Of a DNA stretch of 64,000 nt, positions 25,466 to 39,399 are shown piece after piece. A model generated the notes under the pieces. The model was not told the origin of the DNA, did no database searches, and worked only from the letters and a program-made list of their open reading frames with translations. How positions within the stretch are numbered: position 1 is the first letter of the stretch; each line of letters begins with the position of its first letter. This DNA comes from Paraspadella gotoi. Its lineage: Eukaryota > Animalia > Chaetognatha. Made by a program: the position numbers and the translations under genes. The DNA lies in NCBI GenBank assembly GCA_051294375.1, contig CM119268.1, forward strand, positions 4,983,878-5,047,877, in the 5' to 3' direction.

Positions 25466-25930
25466 ATGTACTTTTTATTTTCTTTGTCTTCACGAAAAAC
25501 CGCGTAACGATGCACACGAGTTTTATTCACGAATTATACCAAAAAATGTGGCAAAAAGAGTCGGAAGCAGTTTTATTGATTAATTTAAAAAGCGAAATGG
25601 AGAATAGAATTAGAAATAGAATAGTGCAGGATTTTGAATAGGAAACCGTTTGCCAACCGTTGAATTTTTAAAAACCTGGACGAAGCGATCGTATGTCCTC
25701 ACTAGATTTCACGTACCATTATCACCTCGGAATGAGAAACCGTAGCATTTTTATCGGTCAATGAAGGCAAACCGATCGTGGAATCTTCTATCGTAAAGCA
25801 TTGCGCGATCGAACCTTGAGAGCAGTTTTTCTTAAGACAATGCTGATTCTGTCTTGTCTCTAATCTTTTCTATCGCTAAGCTGAGTAAACCAGATATTAT
25901 GGTGGACTAAAATCCGCCAACTGCTCATCA

Positions 25931-26116
25931 GCGGCCATTGGTGCAGGAGGCAAGTCATTCGCCTCTCAACCCAAAGGTCCGGGGTTCTAGCCCGGTGGTC
26001 GCCTAGCAGTTAAGAGGGACGGGGCCCTTAACCCGCCTGTAACACGGAGTTACAGCCTGATCCGAAGCTCAGCGACTGCTTATATTGAACGGTTCTGTTA
26101 CTAACACAACAATAAT
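25931..26116 (+). mobile_element. tRNA-derived SINE (tRNA-like head 25931-26002)
   Basis: Acceptor-like stem GCGGCCA/TGGTCGC, A-box-like TGGTGCAGGAGG, B-box-like GGTTCTAGCCC in a CCGGG/CCCGG stem, poorly paired anticodon arm, then about 100 nt of unrelated body and an A-rich tail. Confidence 0.7.
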
Positions 26117-28936
26117 TACCGTCTCTTCAATATATTAGATTGTTAACGCGCCGCTGCCTGATTTAGTGAATGTAAATTGAGTTAGTAAATTGCTCCTAAC
26201 CGATAATAGGTACTGCGCGTTTTCTCCCCTTCAAGATCTTTTATAAAATTTGTAAAACTGATATAAAAAGGTTCGTTTAATCTTTCCTCCCATTTTCCTT
26301 GTTACTTTTAACTTGTCTCTCTGTATCAACTGGCATTTCTAAATTGCGTCCCACTATGTCAACTTGCTTATAACCTTTTCTGTATCAACAGTCAGCACTG
26401 TCAGCTTTACCCGTTACAACCACTATAAGTTACACAGAACAAAATATTTTTCGAGGAAAACTGGTAAAATAAAAGTAAACAAGAAAAAAATTGGGTTAAG
26501 GTGTTTCTTTTTGTTCTTTACTTCACCGCTCTGCCTCCACCCACTCTCCTCCTCCCTCTCAATCACTTTCCTTCCCCATTCGCGGGGTTTTTTCCAGTTT
26601 CACTTTCTCTCTTCCTCCACCTCCTCCTCCTCCTCCTCCTTATATTCATCTTCCTCCTCATTCTCGCCTTATCCTCCTTCATTCTTCTCTCACGTTACTC
26701 CTCTTATAATACCGCATCTCTTCCCCCTTTCATTCCTTTTCCTCCTTCATCTCTCCCCCCTTTTTTTCCTTCTCATCTACTCCTCTTTCTCCTTCTTCTC
26801 CTCCGTCCCTTTCCTCCTCCTCTTCCTCTTTTCCAGTTTCTTGCCCCTCCTCCTCCTCTTTTCAATATATCCCTTGCTCTCTTGTTTTTTCTCTGTTCCG
26901 CTTTGACACGATTCGCGATTTTTTTTTCCCTCCGCTTGGAGTCTCTCTCGCGCGCCTTTTTTTTCGCGCCGTCCGCCATTTTGGTTTCACGTTTTTAAAG
27001 CGAAAGACTGTGAAAAAAAAATTGTGTTCCCTTTTCAATTATCTCTAATTTTTTTTAATGTTTACTTCAAATTTTTTTTCAGGGGCAGAACAATACTGAT
27101 ATTTCTATGACCGTTTTAAATAAGTCTTTTTAATAATCTTTGTAACCAATATATTTTCATTTACTCCACAATTTTGCTTTTTCGCTTTTTGCAATGAATG
27201 AAAATTTAATGAGTTTGACTCGTCGCTTCTCTTTTTGAAATGTTTTTGTTTTTCACTGGATAAAAAATAAATAATTTATATTTTTTTCTTAGCTGAAGTG
27301 ACATTTGATTATTATTAAAATCCAAGGAATGAAATCCCTCCCACGCCACCTCTCTCTCTCTCTCTTTCTCTGACAAATGATTTTACTCGCCATCTGTGTT
27401 TCTCGGAAGGCGCTGACGTTTTAACGAGATTTCACCAACAAACGAACAAATAATAAAAGTGAAAGGTTTTGAACAAACAAATAAAAGTTTAAGGAGTACA
27501 AATAGTAGAACAATACGAAAACTTAATAAACAATAAATACAATTAAAATGCTTTTATTATTTTAAAAATGTAAATATTTGAAATCAGAAAAACAATTAAA
27601 AACCTTAACGCAAAATAAAGCTCGGGCCAGCCGGTACACGAAAGTACAATCAGTAATAACTCTTTATATCTTATAAATAAAGTGACCTAAAGTGACCTAA
27701 AGCCTCCCTCAGGTTTAAGTTAAGTTTAACGGTAATAACATCTATTGATAATATTTTCTTGAGGTGACTTAAGGCAAGTAATTCCTCCGCCTACTTTCAA
27801 TTTCAATCTACAAACCAAACGTGCGCACTTACTAGCTGGGCAAGCCGAACGAAGCTATCTCATATTTCATCTGTCAATACTGAATATCCGTATTAAAAGG
27901 AGAAGAGGCATATAGTCTGTTGCTAAGGTGAATGCCCCCCCCCAAAAAAAATAAAATGGGGGGGGGGAGAAAGGGAGTCTCAGTGACGGGATATTCCGCC
28001 AGTGATAGGGGTCACTGCAGAGGGTCTGAATCCCCCAACGCCAACTGGTGAGACACCCCACCCAGCTGGGCATCACAGTCAGTCCGGCTGGTGAGAGAAA
28101 TACGAAAAAGAGGGAATTGGGCATAAGTAATATCGCGATATAGAGAGAGAGAGGATGTTCTATTTATTCAGAGAACATCCGAAGAAGAAAAATGGCACAA
28201 GTTCACATTGAGGAATGTAAAACTGTAGCAAAGAGAAAACAAAAATTTAAAAAAATAAATCGAAGGAAAAAAAAAGACAGGATTTGTATTGTAGAAGGAA
28301 GAGGATGATGGGGCACAAAATAGAGGGGAGGAGGAAGAGGTGGAGGAAAATGGAGAGAAGGAGGAGGAGGTGGAGGTAAATAGAAAAAAGAAAGAAAGAA
28401 AAAAAAAAGAAAAGAGAAGGAAAGATAGGATGAAGTGGAAGCAGATGAAGAAGGAGAGAAGAAAGAAGTAATATTTAGTGAAGAAAGAAAAGAAGGGAGA
28501 GAGAGAGAGAGAGATGGAGGGGGAAAAAGAGAGAGAGATGGAGTGGCGTCACTTTGGGCCGTTGATAATCGATATCGATGACGTGACTTCTCTTCCCTTG
28601 CGTGACGTGTGGGGGAGAGAGAGAGAGAGGGGGGGGGGAGACGAGGTCTCTGTCTCCGCATTGTAAGACGAAAAATTGGGTAAAGGGCGCGTGAGGAAGA
28701 AAAAAAACAATAAAAAAAAGAGAAAAGGAGAATAACAAAAGAATCTAATCGAAAGAAATGAAAAGAAAATAAAAAAAAGAAAAAAAGAGAAAAGAAGAGA
28801 AAAGAACAAAAAAAAAGAAAAGAAAATTCCAATCTAAACGTGAAATTGAGAAAACAAAAACAAACTTGACCTTAAAAAAGTAAAATATTTTTCACATTCA
28901 TGACAGAGAAAAAGTGTCAACATTTGTAAGGAAGGT

Positions 28937-28957
28937 AATAATAATAATAATAATAAT

Positions 28958-29020
<63 letters not shown>
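28937..29020. repeat. (AAT)n microsatellite
   Basis: Seen directly. Confidence 0.95.
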
Positions 29021-29026
<6 letters not shown>

Positions 29027-29454
29027 TAAAGTTATAACCTAATTAATTTATTTATTATAATTTATTATAATTAATTAATTTAATTCCGAATTTTAAAATA
29101 TTTTCAATATTTTAAATCTACATAGATTTTGAAAACGTTTATAAATCAATGTCTAAAACCTAAGCATCAGGCGAATTTTTGCCACTAGTTAATTCAGTAC
29201 TGGTCATCCTCAATAGATGAATGGCTTGAACGAAGATGATAATGATGAGAGAGAGAGACAGAGAGAGAGAGACAGAGATAGAGAGACAGAGACAGAGAGA
29301 CACATCTCCTTTTGTGAATCAGTGATTCTCAATTGTGATGGTAATCTTACGATTCGTTTTATGGTTCTTCTTATAAATCTTCAACTAAGTAACGTTACAG
29401 TCATATCGGCCAAGCAATTTGGCTCAAGTTCTTGCTTTAGATTTTTAGTCGTTT

Positions 29455-29692
29455 CAGTCGGATCTGCTTATCGAAGATTCCGGCTTTATCGGTCCGTCGG
29501 TCCATCTCCGTCTGTCTGTCCGTTCATTCCCCCTTAGCTTTGAAATTTAAATTGAAATTATGTGTGTGTGAGTGAGTGAGATGGAAGTTTTGATGGATAT
29601 AGAAATGATAATAATAATAATTTACCACCTGATTAGCTGCTTACTGCTAAATGGTCGTGGGCTGATCCATCATTGTTTGCTCAAACTTGTTC
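29455..29692. repeat. Dispersed repeat family B (second copy at about 57960-58222)
   Basis: Shared GATCTGCT..AGATTCCGGCT..TTTATCGG.CCGTCGGTCCATC and AGCTGC.TACTG...CATTGTTTGCT.AAACTTGTT in the same order. Confidence 0.6.
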
Positions 29693-31568
29693 CTTCGTGA
29701 GCCACGCAGTGAGATTTTAACTTATTTGATAAGCACATTGAGATTAAATAAGATTAAGAAATTCTCGTGTCCCCAGCACGAACAGTTTGCATCTCTGATT
29801 TCGACTGAAAGTTGAATACAATAAGTTTAATTCGATTTTTGATTTTCGATGTCGTTGTCTGTCACTCCTTTATTTCCTCTTCCTCCTCCTCTTCTTCTTC
29901 CTCCTCCTCCTCCTCCTCCTTTTCCATCTATTTGTCTTCAAATCCTTTTTCTCGTGCTACGTTTCTTCGAGTCATACGTCCTTTTTTCGTGTCACGGTTT
30001 TTTTTTCAGAGCGTCATTCACCGTGTCACGCTTTCTCTCGTGCAACGCTCATTTACGTAACGCTGCTACATAGCGCGTGCTACCACATTCGCGTAAATCG
30101 TCTTCTCTCGCGTCCACGTCTTTCTTCTGCTTAATTTTGATAAAGGGGAAGTTGTGAAACTATTTAAAATTAAAACTAACCAGTAACAAGTTCATCTTTT
30201 TCGATCACCAAAATTAACAAACACCGACGTAGCGATTTAAATTTAAAACAAACATCGCGATTGTATCACATTCACGAAGTTGTTCACAGCCTTAGCTTCA
30301 AATCACAGGATTCAATTTTTCATAAATCGGTGAATCAATGTCTTCACTTTGTTATGACCAAGTTCGCTTTAATACGGATTTCAAATAAGGATTTTTTATA
30401 AATCCTAACTGACTGATCCTTTCTCAGCCGTAGCCATAGATACTTTTTTTGCCAACTTTTTTTTCAAATTATTTTAATCTAATAACAAAAATAATCTGAG
30501 CTGAATTCTCTTATTTTTATATTTCTAGCAGAAAAGTTTTTGACACTAATCTTTAGGGCAGTAATATACAAGATCAAAATCTCATAATAATTATAATAAT
30601 GATAATTATCTCAGTATAATTATATATATCAATTTAATATATTAATATTAATTTCAGTTCATTTAAATTTAAATTTGAAATCCTAGCCCATTGTGGCCTT
30701 ATTTTTCTAAAATTAGTTTTTCGGTTTAAAGATTAGGTTAGAGGCGAGGTTAGGTATTAAATTAAAGCTTAGGTTAGGGATGAAGGTTAACGATTAATGT
30801 TTAGGATTAAGGGTTAAGATTAGAGATTAAGGCTTATAGATTAAATTATAAGTTTTATAATAAATTAAGGTTAAATATTTAAAATTTAGGAGGTAAGGAA
30901 CAGAAGGAGAGCGCTTTTGGAAAAGAGAGCCTAGTTCGTTTCCCCCCCCCCCTAGTATTGGCTGAACTTGTCCTGACGTTTATGGTGACAAGATGACCGA
31001 GGGTCAGGATTCGGCCCATGACCCAAATGTCCCTTCGGTGCCAAAAGGAATTAGATTCGACGAGAGTCGACAACAACAACAACGACAGAAATGACGACGA
31101 CGGCGACGACGACTTGACGACGCCATTTATACTAAGACCGATAATTTCATGACGAGAGGAGGAGCAGAAGAAGAACAAGAAAGAGGAATTTCACCCGAGT
31201 TGCGCCCAATTTACATTATTTAAATTTATAAAAAAATTTAAAAAAATGCTTGCTTTTAGTTTAATTAACTTAATTAAACTAAATGTTTAAAAAAACATAA
31301 AAAGAGGAATGATAGTCTTACCGATCTACCGAGATACAAGTGTCTTATAGAGTTGATTCGGCGAGTACTCGCGAGTACTCGCCGACAACAACGACAACGG
31401 GTTTGCGTGAAAAGGTGAATTGTGAGTCAACAACGACAACAACAACGACGACTACTGAGAGAAAAACATCGATGTCGGAGCCAAAGTCATGAAGAAAATG
31501 ACGACGACGACGACGACGAGTCAAGGCGCCAAAAAAAAGAGCATCGGGGGTAGAAGGGTCGATACTAA

Positions 31569-31646
<78 letters not shown>

Positions 31647-33533
31647 GCCAAGGTGAGAAAGGAGATAAGAAAGACGAAAGGTTTCGGTTTTGACGGGAAA
31701 AAAAATTCCGGTGCCGAGAGAATCCGGCCGACAGTTTGCCGATGGAGGGGGGAGGAAAGAGGAAAGAGGCCTGGGGGAGGGGGGATTTCGGGGGGGGATG
31801 GGTCGGGGGGGCGCGACTCGCTCGGGACGGAAATGGACATAAAGGAAAAACGATGCACCATAGAACGAAATTAGATGAGGAGAGGAAATAAGGAATGGAA
31901 TCTAGAAGTGGAAATATGGCAGAAGCGGAACTGGAACTGTGGAAATAGGAAAACAATGATGACAGGACAATGTTGGGGTGAAAATGATTCAAATGAATGA
32001 AGGAACGTATGAATGAATGATTGGATTTATTGAATGAATGAATGATTGGATGAAGGAATGAATGATTGGAGGAATAAAAAAATGAATGCGAAAATAGCTG
32101 AATGTAAAAATGAATGATGAGGGAATTATTAAACTAAACATATTAATTAATGAATGAATAAATAAATGAATGAATGATTGAAAGAATATATGAATAAATT
32201 AATGAATAAAATAAATAAAAGAAAGAAAAAGAGATTACGAAACATAAGGGAAAAGTTGTGAAGATTAAGTGAGGAAAGATTAAAAGGGTGAGTTTAAGGT
32301 GAGACGTTGCGCTGTGAATTAGGGTGAGGAAACCGGGTATGGGTGAGGGAAAGGGTAATGCGGTGAAAGGAAAGGTGGGGAGATTTCTGGCCGACGACGA
32401 CGACGACGACGAAGACGACGACGACGATGAAGACGACGATGATTGCGACAACAAAGACAATGATGACGACGGCTACGACAAGCGAAGGTCTCACGTCGTG
32501 ACCTTTCGGATATCACAGAATCTCGCAAAGCTTGATTGAAATTGCTTGCTGGAGATTATTGAGCTTGCTGGAGATAATAAATCTTGCCTAATCATTAAAC
32601 TTTCTAATATTACGAGGGCTGTATAATAATAAAGCTTGCCTACAATTACAAAGCTTACATAAGATTACAAGGCTTGCCTAAGATTACAAAGCTTGCCGAT
32701 TTGCTGAGTGATCTAGCATTGTCGTCACGAATATTATCACGAATATTAAAACGATCGGTGAAATATTGATAATTTATTCATTAAATTATTTATTTAAATA
32801 ATAAATATTAATGAAATTTGACAATTATTTTTCTTTTCTTTCAGGAAGAAAAACTCAAGAACCCATGATTGACATGGAACTCGACATGGAATACATAACT
32901 CGAAATTGAACATGGAATGAGCGTGGAAGGAGAGAAACAGAGACATGGAATGACAGTCAACATTCTTATCTACATTGCCGTCTTCGTCCTCGTATGCATC
33001 ATACTGTGCATCATCATGCTATGGTTTCTCAGAATGTGAGGCCCACCCCTTCTAAAAGACTCGCACGAACGAATGTGCATGTGTATTCGAACTGTGTGGC
33101 TTCGAAGTGTGCGGGAATCGGAGTATGCGCCTCGTCGACGCGACCCCCCCCCCGTCCGGTCTCAGGATGTGACGTGAAATCTTTCGTCCGCTCAAAGGGA
33201 TCGTCCCTCGGTGGTCGCGTTTCACGAAAGAGAGACGGGTCGTTGGACGAGATTATGACTTTATAATTATATTTAGTATATCGACGATAGATTAAATTAG
33301 AAAAAATATATAATTATATTCTTATTAAAAATAATTCGCAATGAACAAATTTCTCGAGTGGAAAAGGCGGTGGTCGCGAAAACTGCGAGGGGCAACGTTA
33401 AAGCGCAAAGAGGAGCCAGTAAAATGACTCTCGAATTTAAATCTTTACGTTTTGCAAAGAAGATGTGCAACAGAAACGACAGGTAATGACATAAAATTGA
33501 AGTATGATGGGTTATGGCATTCATTCTTTGGAG

Positions 33534-33626
33534 AAGATAATAACATAGCAGGACCCTGTAAGCTTTCGATCAAGACTCTCACAGTCTCGTTCATTAACGC
33601 CTAGAGTACCAGGCTTCATTATCAAT
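33534..33626 (+). mobile_element. Dispersed repeat family A partial copy
   Basis: AAGATAATAACATAGCAGGACCCTGTAAGCTTTCGATCAAGACTCTCACAGTCTCG matches the reverse complement of the 38752-38850 segment. Confidence 0.7.
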
Positions 33627-33755
33627 TATACCTACTTGAGCTATGAAATCACTGGACTGATGAAAAAATAATAATTTATACCCATTACCCATTTACTAAT
33701 TTCATTAACGACTTTAAATGACTGCAGGTTTTAAGCTCTTCCCTTTCTTATTCCA

Positions 33756-33831
<76 letters not shown>

Positions 33832-34013
33832 TCTCTTTCTCTCACAGAGGCCGGCAAGAAACTCGCAATATTCAACGTTGCCTTAAACTTCACCGAGAAG
33901 TTTTGCGTCAAGTTGGCCCTTCCACAGCCCAATTCATTTTGGCCCCTCAACAGCCCAATTATTTTCCTCCTTCCACAATCTTGACGTAATCGCAAGCTCA
34001 GCTCTCTCTCGCT

Positions 34014-34066
<53 letters not shown>

Positions 34067-35774
34067 GCTCCCATTTACCCTTCCTTTTTCCCCACCTTTG
34101 ATATTTACAAAAAATTTAAATCAATACTGGAAAAGAAAATTACAATTTTACATGTTATTTTTTTACAAAACCAGTTGAAATAAGTTCTGATCTAAAAAGG
34201 GCCTAATTTTGCCTGTGCCCGTGAGTTCTCGTAACTTTTTTATGTAAATCTTAGCTTAATTTTTTTGAAAAAACATTAAAAACGTATTAAATCAAAATTA
34301 TGTTAATTTTTTTTTAGTGAGAGCGTCGGATACTCGATGCATCTAACAAAATCTGAATAATTTTAAGGTTAAAATCCTGGAGATAATTTTTTTTTACATT
34401 TGAATTTTTTTTTTTCAAAACAGCCAGAAGTGTGAATTTCAATGTACCTAATTTAAAAATAAATTGTAAGCGTTGAACGTTAAATAAAATATATAAAAGT
34501 ATTTTTAAAATATCCGGCTTTCGCTCTTCTGACTTCAACCCGATTTTTCTTTGTCCATAGAAATTGTTAAAAATTCTAAAGGCAGCTATAATTTTGAAAC
34601 GTTTTCATAGATATATATGTATTAATTTACTACATAGTTTTTAGATGAGTCTTGCAAAGATGTTGACTGAGCTTATTTCGGTCAAAGTTCCGGATTGGGA
34701 GCAACTACGAATTGATGAAAGGTCAACAGAGATTACTACTGATAAAAGATATAAAAAAATAAAACTAAAAGCCTCAACTTTTCAAACACTCCAAGTTTTA
34801 TAGAGTCACGATTCTTTAACAAAAGTTATATAATTTGGTTTTTTTATTAGGTTTTTCATACCAGTAAAAGAAATCTTAAAATTTGTTTATTATTGTTAGC
34901 TTAGAGGAAAATAAGTCTTTCAAACCCATAGATAATTTTTCCTTTTTATTTCTGGTATAAAAAACTGAAAGAAGAAAATATTTATACAATTACAAATATT
35001 TTTTTTTAATTCTGGGCCGAAATGGATTTGTTTACCATGATAAAATGTCGTCTTTTGTTATTTGTATTTATTTAATAGTTTTTGAGGTAAAATTAAATTA
35101 TACAACGCGCGTCTATTGTTGAATTCTCAATCTAAACGACACTTTTATTTTACCGTATTATTACTTTTTATTTGTTAGCTAATAAGGTTTATTTATTAAT
35201 TAAGTCGATATTTTTTTAGAAAATCTAATGTCGAGATTTGGTAATCTCAAAACTGACCCCTTTACCTCCCCCCCCAAAAAAAAAATTTAGTCAAGAACAA
35301 AATAGAGATATATATCATATATAAACTATATTATTACGCACTGTGATCGTTTGTTTATGACGGAGACGACCGACCAGAAAATAAAAAGAGATCATATCCA
35401 ATGTTATTACTTATTACTATGTCTGTTTAGTTGTACTGTTGTCTAACGCGTAGAAAAATACAAGTTGTAGAGTGTTACTCTTTTTCTTTATTGTATTCGC
35501 CGCTTACGCATAAGTAATCAATGTACATTAGGCGGTAGAATGTCATTAGTCAGTGGTCAAATGTCACTTGTCCGGTGTCAATTGGCACTAGTAAGCAGTA
35601 AAATGTCATTAATGTACTTCGCACTAGCATAAAAATACAAGGAGCTGAAATTTATAAATTTAATTACATTGTACAATGTACAGGCATCAGTGAAGTTTAC
35701 TTTAATATCGCACCTGCTGATAAGAAGTTTTGACAAAATGAATATCTTCATCATACCTTAAATATCTGATTCAG

Positions 35775-35777
<3 letters not shown>

Positions 35778-35870
<93 letters not shown>

Positions 35871-35925
35871 TTATCGCGTACATTGGCCTCTTTACCCCGC
35901 CACCGCAAAAAATTGGTAAGTTCAT

Positions 35926-36002
<77 letters not shown>
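35778..36002. repeat. (CT)n microsatellites, representative of dozens of AG/CT tracts in the window
   Basis: Seen directly; others at 3633, 5749, 31571, 33758, 38131, 50025, 58805 and elsewhere. Confidence 0.95.
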
Positions 36003-36006
<4 letters not shown>

Positions 36007-36042
36007 AGGAAGAGGCACGGTGAAGTACGATTTTGGTGAGTG

Positions 36043-36074
<32 letters not shown>

Positions 36075-36306
36075 TTTCTCGCGGGGGTGAACCGCAATTC
36101 TTGCGATGGAAACCAACGTCGATTCCATCAGAAAAAAGAACAATTTTCAGGATAAAATTTTTTCCCTTTTTTTCTCTGAAAATTTCATCTCAAAATAAAA
36201 AAAAGTCAAATAAAAATTTGAAAACATTCACAAAGGGACGATTTTTTTCCTAAAAAAGACGATGCGAATGAATTTCATTTTTTCGTTTGATTCCGTTCGG
36301 TTTTTA

Positions 36307-36518
36307 GCTCTTTTTTACAAAAGCGCCCAGTTTTTGTTCTTAATTCCCGAATTTAATTTTGACCTCTAATCTTAAACCCTAATCTCCCACCCAAAATCCT
36401 AATCCTTAGCCTATTCCTAATCTAATCCTCAACCCAAACGGCTAACTTACGCTTTTAATTTTATACTAATTTAATTCCAAATTTAAGATGAAATGGGGGG
36501 CTTTGGGAAAATAAGGCC
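36307..36518. mobile_element. Dispersed repeat family C: MITE-like, imperfect terminal inverted repeats, internal CCTAA-rich tract
   Basis: Ends GCTCTTTTTTACAAAAGCGCCC and GGGGGCTTTGGGAAAATAAGGCC; related copies at 30695-30930 (inverted) and 42443-about 42720. Confidence 0.55.
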
Positions 36519-37217
36519 TATTTATTTCTTTAAATTATACTCTTGTTTATCATTTTTATTTCTATTTATTTCTTTCAATCCTTGCCAAGCTTGAATATTG
36601 TTTTTTTTTTCGCGACTCCCGCAATTCCAAATTTCTTGTTTTCTCTTTCTTTACTTTCCTCTCTTCTTTTCTTTACTTTTCTTCCCTTTCCTACATCTTT
36701 CATCTTTATTTTTCTTTTCTTTTCTTTCCTTTCTATCTTCCCTCTTTCCTCTATTTCTTTCTTTTCCTTTCTTATCTCTCTATCTCCCCTTTCTTCCCTT
36801 TACTCTCCTCTCATCTCTTCTCTCTCTTCCTTTTCTTCTCTTTCCTCTTCTTTTCTTTCCTCTCTATCTTCCTTTTCTTATCTTTTCTTCCTCTCCTCTC
36901 TCTCCTCTCAATCTTCCTTTTCCTCCCTTTCCTCTCTCTATCCTCACAGGACTTTTTTTTTCTCTCACATCACGAGAAAAGAAAAGTGAAAAGAGAAAAT
37001 TCTTCACAAAAAAAAAGTTATCTTTCTTCAAATTTTCGAAGATGTGATATTTGAAAAAAAAATAATCTGAAACAATAAAAAACCTAAACAAAAAACAAAC
37101 AAACAAAACAGAAAACAAAGAAAGAAAAGAAACTGGAACGTGAACGTGAACGTTTGACAGAGGACGTCATGTGGTTAATTGTTGTTTTAGGTGAGTCTCT
37201 TTCAAGGGGGAAAGGGA

Positions 37218-37276
<59 letters not shown>

Positions 37277-38127
37277 TCGCAATATATCCGAACTTATAAT
37301 TTATACATTAAGGATAGTTTTCTCATTTCATAAGTGATTAAGTTGATAGGGATCAACCACAATGTGTAGTTTAACTCTTTGGAAAATCCTCATGAATATT
37401 GAGTGAATCGTGAATCAACGCCGAGTCTTAAAGATAGTGTAATATTATGTAATAAGAATTTAAAATTGTGTTTTTAACTAAAAGATATATAAATATATAT
37501 ATTCTAAAAAGTGTAAACGTTTCCGCGTGAACGGCAAAGAATACCAAAGCGTGACATCTATTGTACTGAGAACTTGTGACCGTGACAGCGGCGTTGCAAC
37601 CGAGACGTGACAATGGTGTCGCAACCAGACGTGACAGGGGATGACACCAACGAGGCCAAAACCAGAAGCGACAAGTTGGAGGTCTTTCGCCTGTCACTTT
37701 CGTATCTGCTCGACCGCACGTATTTTCAGATTTTCACGCGTATGGAATATAGTGTGGATCTTATGGTTCATCACTTATGTATAAAGTAATAATTAATATA
37801 ATCCCGTGTTATACAAAATAAGCCGCTTTGATTTTGGGATCCTATGACGATAAATCAAAATGGTTAAGTGACTGTACAAGCGTGAAACAAAGATAATTTA
37901 GGCAGGTCATTAACGCGTCGTTTTACTGCCAAGTATTAATTAGAATGATTCGGCTTTACTCTAGTCAGAGAATTCAAAATATAATCGAAATATAAATTGA
38001 TAGATAAAAAGATATAAAGGTAAAAATACCAATCAACCCAACTTCGGAAAAGTCACTTATAGAGTTGCTTCGCCAGTATTCGCGGCGCAACTTGAAACGG
38101 AAGAAAATGCGAAGCGGGAATGAGGGA

Positions 38128-38244
<117 letters not shown>

Positions 38245-38751
38245 GTGCAGAGCGGGAATAGAGAACAAACAAGAAGAGAAAACAAGAATAAAAAAAACCC
38301 AGAGAAGCGAAATGAAGAAGATCGAGAAAGAGCAAAAACTGGAAGGGATGAATGGACGTATGGATTGATGGATATTGGACAATTGGACAGAAAGATACGG
38401 ATGGTCAAAAGGAAAAGGGGGATTTGGGAGAAATAAAAGAGTTGGACTGATAAGGGTGAAAAGAAAAAGACCAAAAGGACAAAAAGTATTTTAGGTTTCA
38501 GATGGATGTTCGGTATTATTGATTAAATAGAATGATTATTTGTGCTAAACTCATTTAAAAGCTAATTCGCATATTATCTCTAATTCTTTAAAAAACGATG
38601 ATTATTTAATTATTAATTAATCGTAGTTATTTTAATTATTTTTTATTTTTTATTTCTTGGTAATCAGGTGACTGAACAAAGCAAAAGTATAAACAATATG
38701 CACAAAATGAGTTTGCAGTTACATAACATTCTTTGAAATATTTTCCACTTC

Positions 38752-38953
38752 ATTGATAGGGAAGCCAGGTACTCTGGGAGTGAATAAACGAGACTGTGAG
38801 AGAGTCTTGATTGAAAGCTTGCAGGGACCTGCTATGTCATTATCTTGTAAGAGTGATGGAGGACTTAAACCACCAAAGCCTGTCCAAAGTCAGGGGCAAG
38901 ATAGCTTATTTATTAAATGAATGGATAATTTTTATATTGGTTGTACCAATTTC
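38752..38953 (-). mobile_element. Dispersed repeat family A, about 200 bp (best copy)
   Basis: Shares blocks such as GACTTTGGACAGGCT, ATAGCAGG(A/T)CCCTG(C/T)AAGCT and AGAGTACC(A/T)GGCTTC with copies at about 6160-6295, 17808-17966, 33534-33626, 46390-46424 and 57487-57590. Confidence 0.75.
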
Positions 38954-39399
38954 ATAACCTTATTACTGTGACATGATTTAGTGTCTTTCAGCAGTAAAAA
39001 ACACAGATGAGACTCGGACGAACAGACATACTGACCAGTGACCCTAAAGTGAACTAGTGTTACTCTCCGCTTTCTCTCGTTGCAACTACATAATACATAT
39101 GTCATAAATATATTTCTTTTACTTTTTTTTAATAAGAAAAACTTATTTTTTTTATTATATACGGTACTGACATGTATTTATTTTCGATGGTAATGAAAAA
39201 ATATCAAAGCTGTTAATCAAGTTTCTCAATTACATAGTTAACTTACTGTAGTTTAAAGTTAGTTACTAAACAAAGATAATTAGTCTCGGCTGAAAATCCT
39301 TAGGCAGGGGGGGAATGACTAAGACAATAAAGATCAAACTAAAAACAAAGGAAAGAAATGAGAAACTGAGTTCCAGTAATTTAGATTTTAGATTTATTG

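Noticed and set aside
25931-26002. Functional tRNA-Glu gene
   Set aside because: The anticodon stem is unpaired, the T loop deviates and no oligo-T terminator follows, so it is better read as a SINE head
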